Assembly: GCA_026128965.1 (NCBI GenBank)
Contig: JAHCIY010000002.1
Location: 1,576,108-1,640,107, forward strand
Length of the DNA stretch: 64,000 bases
Direction: 5' to 3'
DNA from: Labilithrix sp.
Lineage (GTDB): Bacteria > Myxococcota_A > Polyangia > Polyangiales > Polyangiaceae
The translations under genes were made by a program, and so were the position numbers. The first letter of the stretch is position 1. Every line of letters starts with the position of its first letter. Of this stretch, positions 20,612-28,810 are shown piece after piece. A model generated the notes under the pieces. That model saw only the letters and a list, made by a program, of their open reading frames with translations, had not been told where the DNA came from and ran no database searches.

Positions 20612-21663
20612 AGCCCGTCGAGGAGCGCGAGCGCCTCGGTCCGTGAAGGCAGGCCGGCGCGGCGGCGCGTCTCCGCGCTCAGGTCGTCGCGCGCGATCGC
20701 CGCGCGGAGCCGCGCGAAGCCGGCCGCCTGCGCGGCGACGACGCGCGACGGATCGGCGACGCGCGCGAGCGCCCACCGGTGGAGCGCCCACGAGAGCGCG
20801 GCGTGCGAGGTCTCGTCCGCGGCGATCCCGCGCATCGTCGCGCGGACGGCGGGCTCCGTCGCGCGCTCGGCCTGCCAGGTCGCGACGAGCGCGGCGTACG
20901 TCTCGAGCACGCAGCCCTCCACCGCGTTGTCGAGGGCGATCGCGTCGAGGTCGCGGATCGTGGGCTCGACGCGATCGCGATCGAGCGCGCTCTCCGCGCC
21001 GAAGCGACGCGCGAGGGCCGTCATCTCCTCGGCGTGGCGCGCCTCTTCGACCGCCGCGCGCGCCGCCCAGCGCACGAGCCGCTCCGGCGCGCCGTGCGCC
21101 TCGAGCTCGCGCTCGAGCCACTGGAACGCGTCGACCGAGGCGGCCTCGAGCTCGGCGTTCGCGAGGAACAGCGCGGCGAGGTCGTCGCGCCCGTGTGGCC
21201 GCGCCGCGACGAACCCGGGCGGCCGCCGGCCGGCGGTGGCCATGTAGCCTCCGGCGCCGGCCGCGCCGATTCCACACGTGATCCAGTCGCACGCGACCTC
21301 ACACGTGTTCGCCTGCAGCGGCGCGCATCGGTGCGCGCACTCGCTCCACGCGGGGGACGCGCCGCAGAGCGCGGCGCACTCCTCCCCCGCGAGCTCGATC
21401 CCGACGTCGACGTCCGCGGGCCGCGCGACCGCCCAGCGCGCATGGCACTCGTAGCCGTAGTTGCGATCGTCGCCCTCGCAGGTGGCCTTCGTGAACATCG
21501 AAGGCTGCGGGCGCTGCACGCACGCGATCGTGGCCGGCGCGCCGTCGTCCTCGTCGCCCGGGGCGAGCGACGTCTTCGCTCCGCACGCGATGGCGCAGGA
21601 AGAGGAGGCGACGGCGAGGGCGATCGCACGGCGGAAGATCGCCGGCAGATCCGGATCGGCCAT
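20503..21663 (-). CDS. Cys-rich N-domain + ferritin-like domain lipoprotein (paralog 1)
   Basis: 386 aa; AVASSSCAIACG lipobox region; ferritin-like EEARHAEEM / DETSHAALSW; paralogous to 28789..30207 (DNAVEGCV.ETYAALVATWQ vs DNAVEGCVREAYGALVATYQ). Confidence 0.55.
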   Translation of the reverse strand: MADPDLPAIFRRAIALAVASSSCAIACGAKTSLAPGDEDDGAPATIACVQRPQPSMFTKATCEGDDRNYGYECHARWAVARPADVDVGIELAGEECAALCGASPAWSECAHRCAPLQANTCEVACDWITCGIGAAGAGGYMATAGRRPPGFVAARPHGRDDLAALFLANAELEAASVDAFQWLERELEAHGAPERLVRWAARAAVEEARHAEEMTALARRFGAESALDRDRVEPTIRDLDAIALDNAVEGCVLETYAALVATWQAERATEPAVRATMRGIAADETSHAALSWALHRWALARVADPSRVVAAQAAGFARLRAAIARDDLSAETRRRAGLPSRTEALALLDGLYSQAPNARGHVAFAGTSSPIRRAPSAAASGLTPKP

Positions 21664-21718
21664 CCCATGAGGCTGTCAGGGCCGTGGATGGGGCGCCCGT
21701 CGCGTTCGTGTCTCTCGA

Positions 21719-22252
21719 TCACGATCGCTGGTGCTCGACCATGAAGCTCACCGACGGGTACCCCGCGCGCGCGGCGGTCTGAAAGAGGCTCTTCACGACC
21801 GCGCTCGAGACGTCCTGGTCGATCCGGAGGACGACGTTGCCCGGGAACGGCTTGTTCGGGTGCAGCTGCTTCCACGTCTCGCGGCGGGCGACGAGCGCGT
21901 CGAACACCTCGTCGACGCGCTGCACGCGCTTGCTTTCGTCGACCGCGAGGGTGTTCCCCGCCGCGCTCCCGTCGACGAGGATCCGCGTGCCGGCGACGCT
22001 GATCATCGGCGCGTCGATCATCTCCATGACGTTCGACGCGTGCGGCAGCCTCGGATCGAGCCCGATGCATCCGCACTCGCTCGGCGCCTGGAAGGTGAGG
22101 AGCAGGAACACCACCGAGACGACGAGGAAGTCGATCATGCTCGTCAGCGAGAGCGAGGTCGTGACCGGCCGCTGCCCGCCGCCGAGCTTCCGCGCGACGA
22201 ACGAGAGCGGGACGTTGCGGAGGAGGCGCGCGCCGGGCCTTGCGACGGTCAT
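21719..22252 (-). CDS. exbD: ExbD/TolR family biopolymer transport protein
   Basis: 177 aa; single N-terminal TM (MIDFLVVSVVFLLLTF) and periplasmic ExbD fold; no adjacent exbB. Confidence 0.75.
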   Translation of the reverse strand: MTVARPGARLLRNVPLSFVARKLGGGQRPVTTSLSLTSMIDFLVVSVVFLLLTFQAPSECGCIGLDPRLPHASNVMEMIDAPMISVAGTRILVDGSAAGNTLAVDESKRVQRVDEVFDALVARRETWKQLHPNKPFPGNVVLRIDQDVSSAVVKSLFQTAARAGYPSVSFMVEHQRS

Positions 22253-22442
22253 CGTGAGGCTTCGACCGGCGCGCGGCGCGCGCCTTGGGTCTCATTGCCG
22301 GCCGCTGCCCGCCGCCGCGAGGGTCGTCGCGAGGTGGACCCGCGCGCGGCGGTAGATGCGCGCGCGACGCATCTTCGCGCTCCGTATCTGGACGGACGTT
22401 CAGTCAAGCCGCGGGGGCGCGAGCGACTACGCTGGCCGCGCG

Positions 22443-23552
22443 ATGATGCGGTCGATCGAACAGGTGCTCGCCGACTACGACGCGGACGCGCCGCTCGAGC
22501 GCGCGTTCACGATCCCGGGCTCCTGGTACACGGACCCACGCGTCGCGGAGGTCGAGGCGCGCACGGTCTTCACGCGCTCGTGGCAGCTCGTCGGCCGCGC
22601 CGATCAGCTGCTCGCGCCCGGCTGCTACGTCACGGCGGAGATCGCGGGCGAGCCGATCGTCGTCGTGCGCGGGCAGGACGGCGTGCTCCGCGCGTTCTTC
22701 AACGTGTGCCGCCACCACGCCGCGGCGGTGATGACGGAGTGCGCGGGCAAGGCCGATCGCCTGCGCTGCCCCTACCACGGCTGGACGTACGGCCTCGACG
22801 GCGCGCTCCGGGGCGTGACGGAGCTCGAAGGGTTGGAGGGCTTCGAGCGCGAGGGGATGGGCCTCGTGCCGGTGCGGGTCGCGGCGTGGGAGCAGCTCGT
22901 CTTCGTGTGCCTCGACCCGACCGCGCCGTCGCTCGAGGACTGGCTCGGCGCGCGCCTCCGCGCCGAGGTCTCCGCGCTCGGCGTCGGCGCGCTCCGGTTC
23001 GCGGGGCGGCGGGAGTGGACGCTCGCCTGCAACTGGAAGGTGTTCGTCGACAACTACCTCGACGGCGGCTACCACGTGCCGTTCCTCCATCGCGGCCTGA
23101 ACAGCGTGCTCTCGTTCAAGGAGTACACGATCGACTGCTTCGATCGCGTGTGCCTGCAGGCGAGCCCGGTCGAGAGCGGCGCCGGGAACGACGCGATGAC
23201 GGCTTCGGTTCGAAAGGGCCGCGCCGCGTATTACTGGCTATATCCGAATTTGATGCTCAATTGCTACGAGGGATATCTGGATACGAACCTCGTTTTGCCG
23301 CTCGGGCATGATCGGGTAAAGGTCGTCTTCGATTTCTATTTCGATGACGTCGAGAGCGAGGCGGCGCGCGCCCGGAACGAGCGGAGCATCGAGGTCAGCG
23401 CGCGCATCCAGGACGAGGACCACGCGATCTGCGAGTCGGTCCAGCGTGGCCTCGGCTCCCGCGCCTACCGCGCGGGCCGCCTGTCGGTGCGGCGCGAGGC
23501 GGGCGAGCACCTCTTCCATCGCCTCCTCGCGGCCGACCTGCGAACACGGTAA
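22443..23552 (+). CDS. Rieske [2Fe-2S] non-heme iron oxygenase alpha subunit-like
   Basis: Rieske motif CRHHAAAV...CPYHGW; catalytic domain with DNYLDGGYHVPFLH. Confidence 0.8.
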   Translation: MMRSIEQVLADYDADAPLERAFTIPGSWYTDPRVAEVEARTVFTRSWQLVGRADQLLAPGCYVTAEIAGEPIVVVRGQDGVLRAFFNVCRHHAAAVMTECAGKADRLRCPYHGWTYGLDGALRGVTELEGLEGFEREGMGLVPVRVAAWEQLVFVCLDPTAPSLEDWLGARLRAEVSALGVGALRFAGRREWTLACNWKVFVDNYLDGGYHVPFLHRGLNSVLSFKEYTIDCFDRVCLQASPVESGAGNDAMTASVRKGRAAYYWLYPNLMLNCYEGYLDTNLVLPLGHDRVKVVFDFYFDDVESEAARARNERSIEVSARIQDEDHAICESVQRGLGSRAYRAGRLSVRREAGEHLFHRLLAADLRTR

Positions 23553-23555
23553 TCG

Positions 23556-24242
23556 ATGGAAGAAGGAACAGGGATAAAGGAGCTCTTCCCGGGCGTCTAT
23601 CGCGCGGCGCGGCCGCAGCCGAACGGCTGGGAGAACGCGATGTACGTGCTCCGGCTCGCGGACGGCTCGCTCCTCGTCCACAGCGCGACGCGGCTCGGGG
23701 CGGGGGCGTTCGACGAGCTCCGCGCGCTCGGTGACGTCCGCTGGCTCCTGGCGCCGAACCACTACCACCACGTCGGCATCCCGGCCTATCGCGAGGCCTT
23801 CCCCGCGGCGCGGGTGATCGCGAGCGCGACCGCGGCGCGCCGCCTGCGCGCGAAGGGCCACGAGGTCACGACGCTCGATACCGCCGGCGTCGCGCTGCCC
23901 GGCGGCGCGTCGTTCCTCGTCGGCGAGGGGACGAAGAACGGCGAGACGTTCGTGTCGTGGCCGACGCCGGAGGGCCGCGTATGGCTCGTGTGCGACGCGT
24001 TCTTCAACGTGCCGTCGCTGACGCGCGCGTCGGGCGCGATCCTCCGCGCGCTCCGCACGGGCCCGGGCCTCGCGATCGGCCAGACGTTTTGCTGGGTCGG
24101 CGTCGGCGAGAAGAAGGTCTATCGCGCGTGGCTCGAGGGCGCGCTCGAGCGCGAGCCGCCGAAGCAGCTCCTCTTCTCGCACGGCGCCCCGCTCGTGCTC
24201 GCGGAGCGCACGCTCCACGATCTCGTCGCGCGCCGCCTCTGA
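23556..24242 (+). CDS. Hypothetical MBL-fold-like protein (DUF4336-like?), translationally coupled to the Rieske oxygenase
   Basis: 228 aa; LLAPNHYHHVG motif; start 4 bp after upstream stop. Confidence 0.55.
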   Translation: MEEGTGIKELFPGVYRAARPQPNGWENAMYVLRLADGSLLVHSATRLGAGAFDELRALGDVRWLLAPNHYHHVGIPAYREAFPAARVIASATAARRLRAKGHEVTTLDTAGVALPGGASFLVGEGTKNGETFVSWPTPEGRVWLVCDAFFNVPSLTRASGAILRALRTGPGLAIGQTFCWVGVGEKKVYRAWLEGALEREPPKQLLFSHGAPLVLAERTLHDLVARRL

Positions 24243-24258
24243 TCGGCGCCGTCTCCGC

Positions 24259-25089
24259 TCAGCGCCGCACGCGGATCGGGTGGCACGCGATGCCGTGGAA
24301 GTCGAGTACCTCGTCGGGCTTGCAGATGGGGACGCACGCCTCGAAGGCCTGGTTCCACTCCTTGCCTTCCGGACACGGCGTCGGCGTCGCGGGCGGTCGC
24401 TTCGGCGGCTTCGCGGGGCGCGCGCTCGGCTTCGGAGGAGGCGGTGGCGGCGGTGGCGGAGGTGGTGGCGGCGGCGGTGTGCTCGATGCGGGAGGTGGAG
24501 GCGGTGGCGGGGGAGGTGGCGGCGGGGGTGGAGGTGGCGGCGCCGACGTCGACACGCAGGCGCTGCGCGTCAGGCTCCATTCGGTGCCGGGGGGGCAGGG
24601 CGTTGGGTCGTCGACGCAGGTGGCGGTGGTGTAGTCGAGCGCCTTGCCGGGCATGCAGTAGGGGAAGCATGCGCCGCGGTTCTCGAACCACAGCGTGTCG
24701 GGGGCGCAGCCGTGGGTCTCGGGCACGCAGCCGGTGCCGGGGGCGTCGACGGTCTTTCCGGCGGGGCACGAGGTGACGCAGCCGTTGTGGAGCTCGCTCC
24801 AGCGCTTGCCGGCGAGGCAGGTCCGCGGGAGCCAGCCGCAGATGCCGGGCGCGGCGTCGGGCACCTGCACCTTGCCCGGCGCGCACTCCGCGCTGCACGC
24901 CTTCGTCGCGGGATCCCAATGCAGCGCCCCGGGACACACGCACCCCCCCGCCGCTTCGCTCCACACGAGCTCCCCAGGACACGCCCGGTACACCGGCTTC
25001 GGCGGAGGAGGCGGCGGCGTCTCCGCGCGCGCGATCGACAGCGCACCAAGAGCGCCAAAGACCGCGAACGTACCGAGCACGCGCCGCAT
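24259..25089 (-). CDS. Secreted Cys-rich repeat protein with two ~19-residue polyproline tracts
   Basis: Signal MRRVLGTFAVFGALGALSIARA; repeated C..G..W/C..C modules; PPPPPPPPPPPPPPPPPPP x2 encoded by GGN-repeat DNA on the opposite strand. Confidence 0.65.
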   Translation of the reverse strand: MRRVLGTFAVFGALGALSIARAETPPPPPPKPVYRACPGELVWSEAAGGCVCPGALHWDPATKACSAECAPGKVQVPDAAPGICGWLPRTCLAGKRWSELHNGCVTSCPAGKTVDAPGTGCVPETHGCAPDTLWFENRGACFPYCMPGKALDYTTATCVDDPTPCPPGTEWSLTRSACVSTSAPPPPPPPPPPPPPPPPPASSTPPPPPPPPPPPPPPPKPSARPAKPPKRPPATPTPCPEGKEWNQAFEACVPICKPDEVLDFHGIACHPIRVRR

Positions 25090-25243
25090 TGCGGTCGCGG
25101 ACTATAGCGCGCGTTCGCGACCCGGCGAAGCCGCGCGCGCTCGCGAGCGGGCTCGCCGCGCGCGCTCGCCACGCGCGTTCGCGAGCGGGCTCGCCGTGCG
25201 CGCGGTCGATGATCGCCTTCGGGTTCGCGCTCGGGCGTAGCAT

Positions 25244-25915
25244 GTGGCTTGGATGACGGAGCCGCGGGTGCTCAGCACGTCGGTCGGGGAGCTGCCGCTC
25301 GAGGAGTATCACCTGCGCCTCGAGGGACGCGCGTGGCGCATCCTCCATACTGGCGCGGTCCTGAGCCACGAGGACGAGCAGCGGTTCCTCGGGGCCGAGG
25401 TTCGCCTGCCGTACGGCATCGTGCTGTGGCCCGCGGCGATCGCGCTCGCGCACGAGCTCGTCGCGCGCACGCTGCGCGGCAAGCGCGTGCTCGAGATCGG
25501 CGCCGGCACCGGGCTCCCCGGCATCGTCGCGGCGACGCTCGGGGCGCACGTCGTCCAGACGGACGTGCACGAGGTCGCGCTCGCGGTGTGCAAGATGAAC
25601 GCGGCGCGCAACGACGTGGCGGCGATCGAGCAGCGCCTCGGCGACTGGACGGCGTGGACCGACACCGATCGCTACGACGTCATCCTCGGCTCCGACGTCA
25701 TGTACGGCACGACGATGCACCCGCACCTGGCGCACATCTTCGAGACGAACCTCGCGCCGGGCGGCGTCGTCCTCCTCTCCGATCCGTTCCGGAAATCGAG
25801 CTTCGCCCTGCCCGAGGCGATGGCGGCGCGAGGCTGGCGCGCCTCGGTCAACAAGTGGACGGTGGGCATTCGGCCGCCCGAGCGCCCGGTCGGCGTCTTC
25901 GAGCTCACGAGGTGA
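25244..25915 (+). CDS. Class I SAM-dependent methyltransferase (protein-lysine MTase / Nnt1-like)
   Basis: Motif I VLEIGAGTGLPG; DVILGSDVMY. Confidence 0.75.
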   Translation: MAWMTEPRVLSTSVGELPLEEYHLRLEGRAWRILHTGAVLSHEDEQRFLGAEVRLPYGIVLWPAAIALAHELVARTLRGKRVLEIGAGTGLPGIVAATLGAHVVQTDVHEVALAVCKMNAARNDVAAIEQRLGDWTAWTDTDRYDVILGSDVMYGTTMHPHLAHIFETNLAPGGVVLLSDPFRKSSFALPEAMAARGWRASVNKWTVGIRPPERPVGVFELTR

Positions 25916-26028
25916 GACGCTCCGACGGAGTGTCACGAGGCGCCGCCGCCCTGACAATCTGGCGATCCGTCTCCGAGCGCGCCTCGCGCAAAGTCCATGG
26001 AAGCGCGCGTGGCGCGACGGCATGATCC

Positions 26029-27204
26029 GTGGATGGAGCTTCGCGCATGAGCTCGTACGGTTCGCTCCTCCTCGCCGTTCCCGCCGTCGCCGCGCTCGGC
26101 GCGGTCTACTCCGTCGTGCGCACGCTCGTCGGCGTCCGTCGCCTCGACCTGGCGCCGCCGGAGCCCCCGCGCTGGCCGAAGATCTCGATCGTCGTCCCCG
26201 CGTGCAACGAAGCGGACACGCTCGCGGACGCGATGCGCGCGAAGCTCGCGAGCGACTACCCGAACCTCGAGATCGTCCTCGTCGACGATCGCTCGACCGA
26301 CGAGACCGGCGCGATCGTCGATCGTCTCGCGGCGGAGGACGCGCGCATCGTCCCGCTCCACATCGATCGTCTTCCGGAGGGGTGGCTCGGCAAGCTCCAC
26401 GCGATGCACGTCGGCGCGCGCGCGGCGACGGGCGAGTGGCTCCTCTTCAGCGACGCGGACGTGCACCTCGCCCCCGGCCTCCTCCGCCGCGCGGTGGCGG
26501 TCGCGGAGCAGCGCCGCCTCGACTTCATGACGATGGTCCCGCACCTGTGGACGACCGGCATCGTCGCGCTCGACGCGGCGCTCACGTCGTTCCTGCGCAT
26601 CGGCGTCTCGCTCGGGCGGTTGTGGGCGGTCTCGGATCCGCTCTCGCGCGCGGCCGTCGGCGGCGGCCTCTTCAACATGGTCCGCCGGAGCGCCTTCGAA
26701 AGGACGCCGGGCTTCGAGTGGCTCCGCCTCGAGATCACCGACGACCTCGCCTTCGGTCAGATGATGAAGAGGAGCGGCGCGCGCTGCGCGGTCTTCAACG
26801 GTCGCGACGACGTGTGCCTCTACTTCTACCGCACCGTGCGCGAGATGGCGGGCGGGTTCGAGAAGAGCTTCGGCGGCACGAAGGCGTGGCCCGTCATCGC
26901 GACGTGCCTCGGCTTGCTCTTCGTCGAGCTCGCGCCGCTCGCGTTCCTGACCGCGCCGGAGCGGGCGGTGCGCGCCGTCGCCGTCGCGATCATCCTCGTG
27001 ACGACGTGCGCCCAGGTCGCGGTCGCGCGCTGGTCCGGTCGCCCCGCCGCGACGGGCGCGGTCCCGTTCGTCGGCGCGAGCCTCCTCTTCGTCGTCGCGC
27101 TCCGCTCCGCCGTCCTCGCGCACGCGCGCGGCGGCGTGCGCTGGCGCGGCACCTGGTACTCGTCCGCCGCCCTCCGCGCGGGACGTCGCGTGGAGCTCTT
27201 CTGA
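26029..27204 (+). CDS. Family 2 glycosyltransferase, membrane-associated
   Basis: ISIVVPACNEADTLADAM, DDRSTDET, FSDADV (DxD), multiple TM; start may be at 26047 (MSSYGSLLL). Confidence 0.8.
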   Translation: MDGASRMSSYGSLLLAVPAVAALGAVYSVVRTLVGVRRLDLAPPEPPRWPKISIVVPACNEADTLADAMRAKLASDYPNLEIVLVDDRSTDETGAIVDRLAAEDARIVPLHIDRLPEGWLGKLHAMHVGARAATGEWLLFSDADVHLAPGLLRRAVAVAEQRRLDFMTMVPHLWTTGIVALDAALTSFLRIGVSLGRLWAVSDPLSRAAVGGGLFNMVRRSAFERTPGFEWLRLEITDDLAFGQMMKRSGARCAVFNGRDDVCLYFYRTVREMAGGFEKSFGGTKAWPVIATCLGLLFVELAPLAFLTAPERAVRAVAVAIILVTTCAQVAVARWSGRPAATGAVPFVGASLLFVVALRSAVLAHARGGVRWRGTWYSSAALRAGRRVELF

Positions 27205-27282
27205 CGGGCGTAAAGGAACTGCGTACAATCGCAGCTTGGAGATACGAATGCCGCATACAACGGGCGCTGCTAGAACGTCCGC

Positions 27283-27693
27283 ATGTTCGTTCACGATCAC
27301 GTCGCGTTGACCGTCAAAGACCTCGCGGTGAGCCGCGGCTTCTACGAGTACCTGGGCGGTCGGGTGGTCAGCAAGCCGTCGAAGGCGTTCATGGAGATCG
27401 TGCTCGGCGAGATCCGTCTGCACCTGGTCCCCGCCGAGGGCGACACGAAGGCGGCGACGGCCCCGCGCATCGATCACCTTTGCCTCCGCGTCGGCTCGGT
27501 CGACGACCTCACGTCGGTCGAGGCGCGCGTCAACGCGCATCCGCTCCTTCAGGGTCGCGCGCCCTGTCACGTCGAAGACTCGCCGCCGCTCGGCGAGGGC
27601 GGCAAGGAGCACGCGGAGGAGCGCCCGCCGCGCAAGACGCTCTACTTCGAGGATCCGGACGGCATCCGCCTCGAGGTCCGCGCGTACTCCTGA
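27283..27693 (+). CDS. VOC/glyoxalase-family protein
   Basis: 136 aa; MFVHDHVALTVKDLAVSRGFYEYLGG; IDHLCLRV. Confidence 0.75.
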   Translation: MFVHDHVALTVKDLAVSRGFYEYLGGRVVSKPSKAFMEIVLGEIRLHLVPAEGDTKAATAPRIDHLCLRVGSVDDLTSVEARVNAHPLLQGRAPCHVEDSPPLGEGGKEHAEERPPRKTLYFEDPDGIRLEVRAYS

Positions 27694-27735
27694 GTCTCGT
27701 ACTCCTGAGTCTCGCGCCGAGCCGCGCGTAGTACG

Positions 27736-28404
27736 TCAGAACGTCACGCCGGTGGTGACGCCGCTGCGGTGGATGCCGTCGACGTCGGGGATGAAGTAGA
27801 CGTGGAACGGCACGTAGATCGAGCCGACGCGTGGCGTCCACCCGGCCGCCACGATCGCGTGCGCTTCGCTGCCTTTCAGCGGCGCGATGTTGGTGCCGAT
27901 GCCGATCTGGAACGAGTTGTTCAGCTCCGCGCCGATGAGGAAATTGGCCGACGGCAAGAAGCGACTCTGCTCGAGCCCGGCGATCATCCCGTTCGCGAGC
28001 AAGAGCACGTTGAGCCACGAGTGGCTGACGACGCGATAGAGCACCTCGTATCCGACGAGGAGGTGACTCGGCGCGCGGAGGTCGGCGCGCTGCTTCAGCG
28101 TCTCTCCGTCGAGCCCGGCGGCGGGCCGGTTGTAGTTGAAGACGTAGCCGTACCCGATACGAAACCCGTGCAGCAGCTTGTCGTCATGCGGCGACCGCGC
28201 CCGCGGACTCGCACCCGTCGCGTCCGGCGGCGCATCGACCTGCGTAGCTTCGAGCGTCATCCTCACCGATGAGGACGACGATGACGGTGACGACGCGGGT
28301 GCGGGCGGCGGCTCGGGCTCGGACGCGGGTGGGTTCGGCTCTGCGTGCGCGGGGGTAGCGACGAGAAGCAAGGTGACGACGCCGACGATGGAAGGAATGT
28401 GCAT
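27736..28404 (-). CDS. Secreted/outer-membrane-like protein (C-terminal Phe, beta-rich)
   Basis: Start at MHIPSIVGVVTLLLVATPAHA (signal peptide); Pro/Ser-rich linker; ends ...GVTTGVTF. Confidence 0.5.
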   Translation of the reverse strand: MHIPSIVGVVTLLLVATPAHAEPNPPASEPEPPPAPASSPSSSSSSVRMTLEATQVDAPPDATGASPRARSPHDDKLLHGFRIGYGYVFNYNRPAAGLDGETLKQRADLRAPSHLLVGYEVLYRVVSHSWLNVLLLANGMIAGLEQSRFLPSANFLIGAELNNSFQIGIGTNIAPLKGSEAHAIVAAGWTPRVGSIYVPFHVYFIPDVDGIHRSGVTTGVTF

Positions 28405-28587
28405 GAATGACTCCTCGTCTCGCGGAAGAGCAGCCCCTGCGCCGCCCGCCCCCCCACACAATTCCGCGCCCTTCACGCGCTGACGTGTGCAGCGCGCTGC
28501 ACACCGCTGTCGCCGCGAGGTCACGCGTTCCCGCACCCCGCGCGTCTCGACCCCGCCTGAGCGGGGGCTGCGAGGGCTCGGCGCGCG

Positions 28588-28810
28588 AGCGTTCAGCCGT
28601 GAGCGTTCGGGCCGTGAGCGTTCGGGCCGCAAGTGCTCACACGCGTTCCCGCGGACTTGGTCTTGGAGTGTGCGCGCTCAGGCCGTGAGCGTTCAGGCCG
28701 CAAGTGCTCAGGCCGCGAGTGCGAGCGCTCAGGCCGCGGGGGTTCAGGTCGCGAGCGTTCGGGCCGTGAGTGCTCTGGCCGGGAGCGTTCAGGTTGCGAG
28801 TGCTTCGCGG
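28588..28810. repeat. 15-bp minisatellite (GTGAGCGTTCRGGCC)n, about 12 units with one ~50-bp interruption
   Basis: Direct reading; unit is 15 nt so both strands give pentapeptide-repeat pseudo-ORFs (RPERS / SGRER); intergenic between the ferritin-like gene 3' end and the OM-like gene. Confidence 0.7.

Noticed and set aside
23957-25240. Plus-strand ORFs containing poly-Gly / Arg-Trp repeats (23957..24634, 24280..25107, 24444..24776)
   Set aside because: Antisense of the polyproline-encoding gene (24259..25089), which has the signal peptide and Cys-module architecture.
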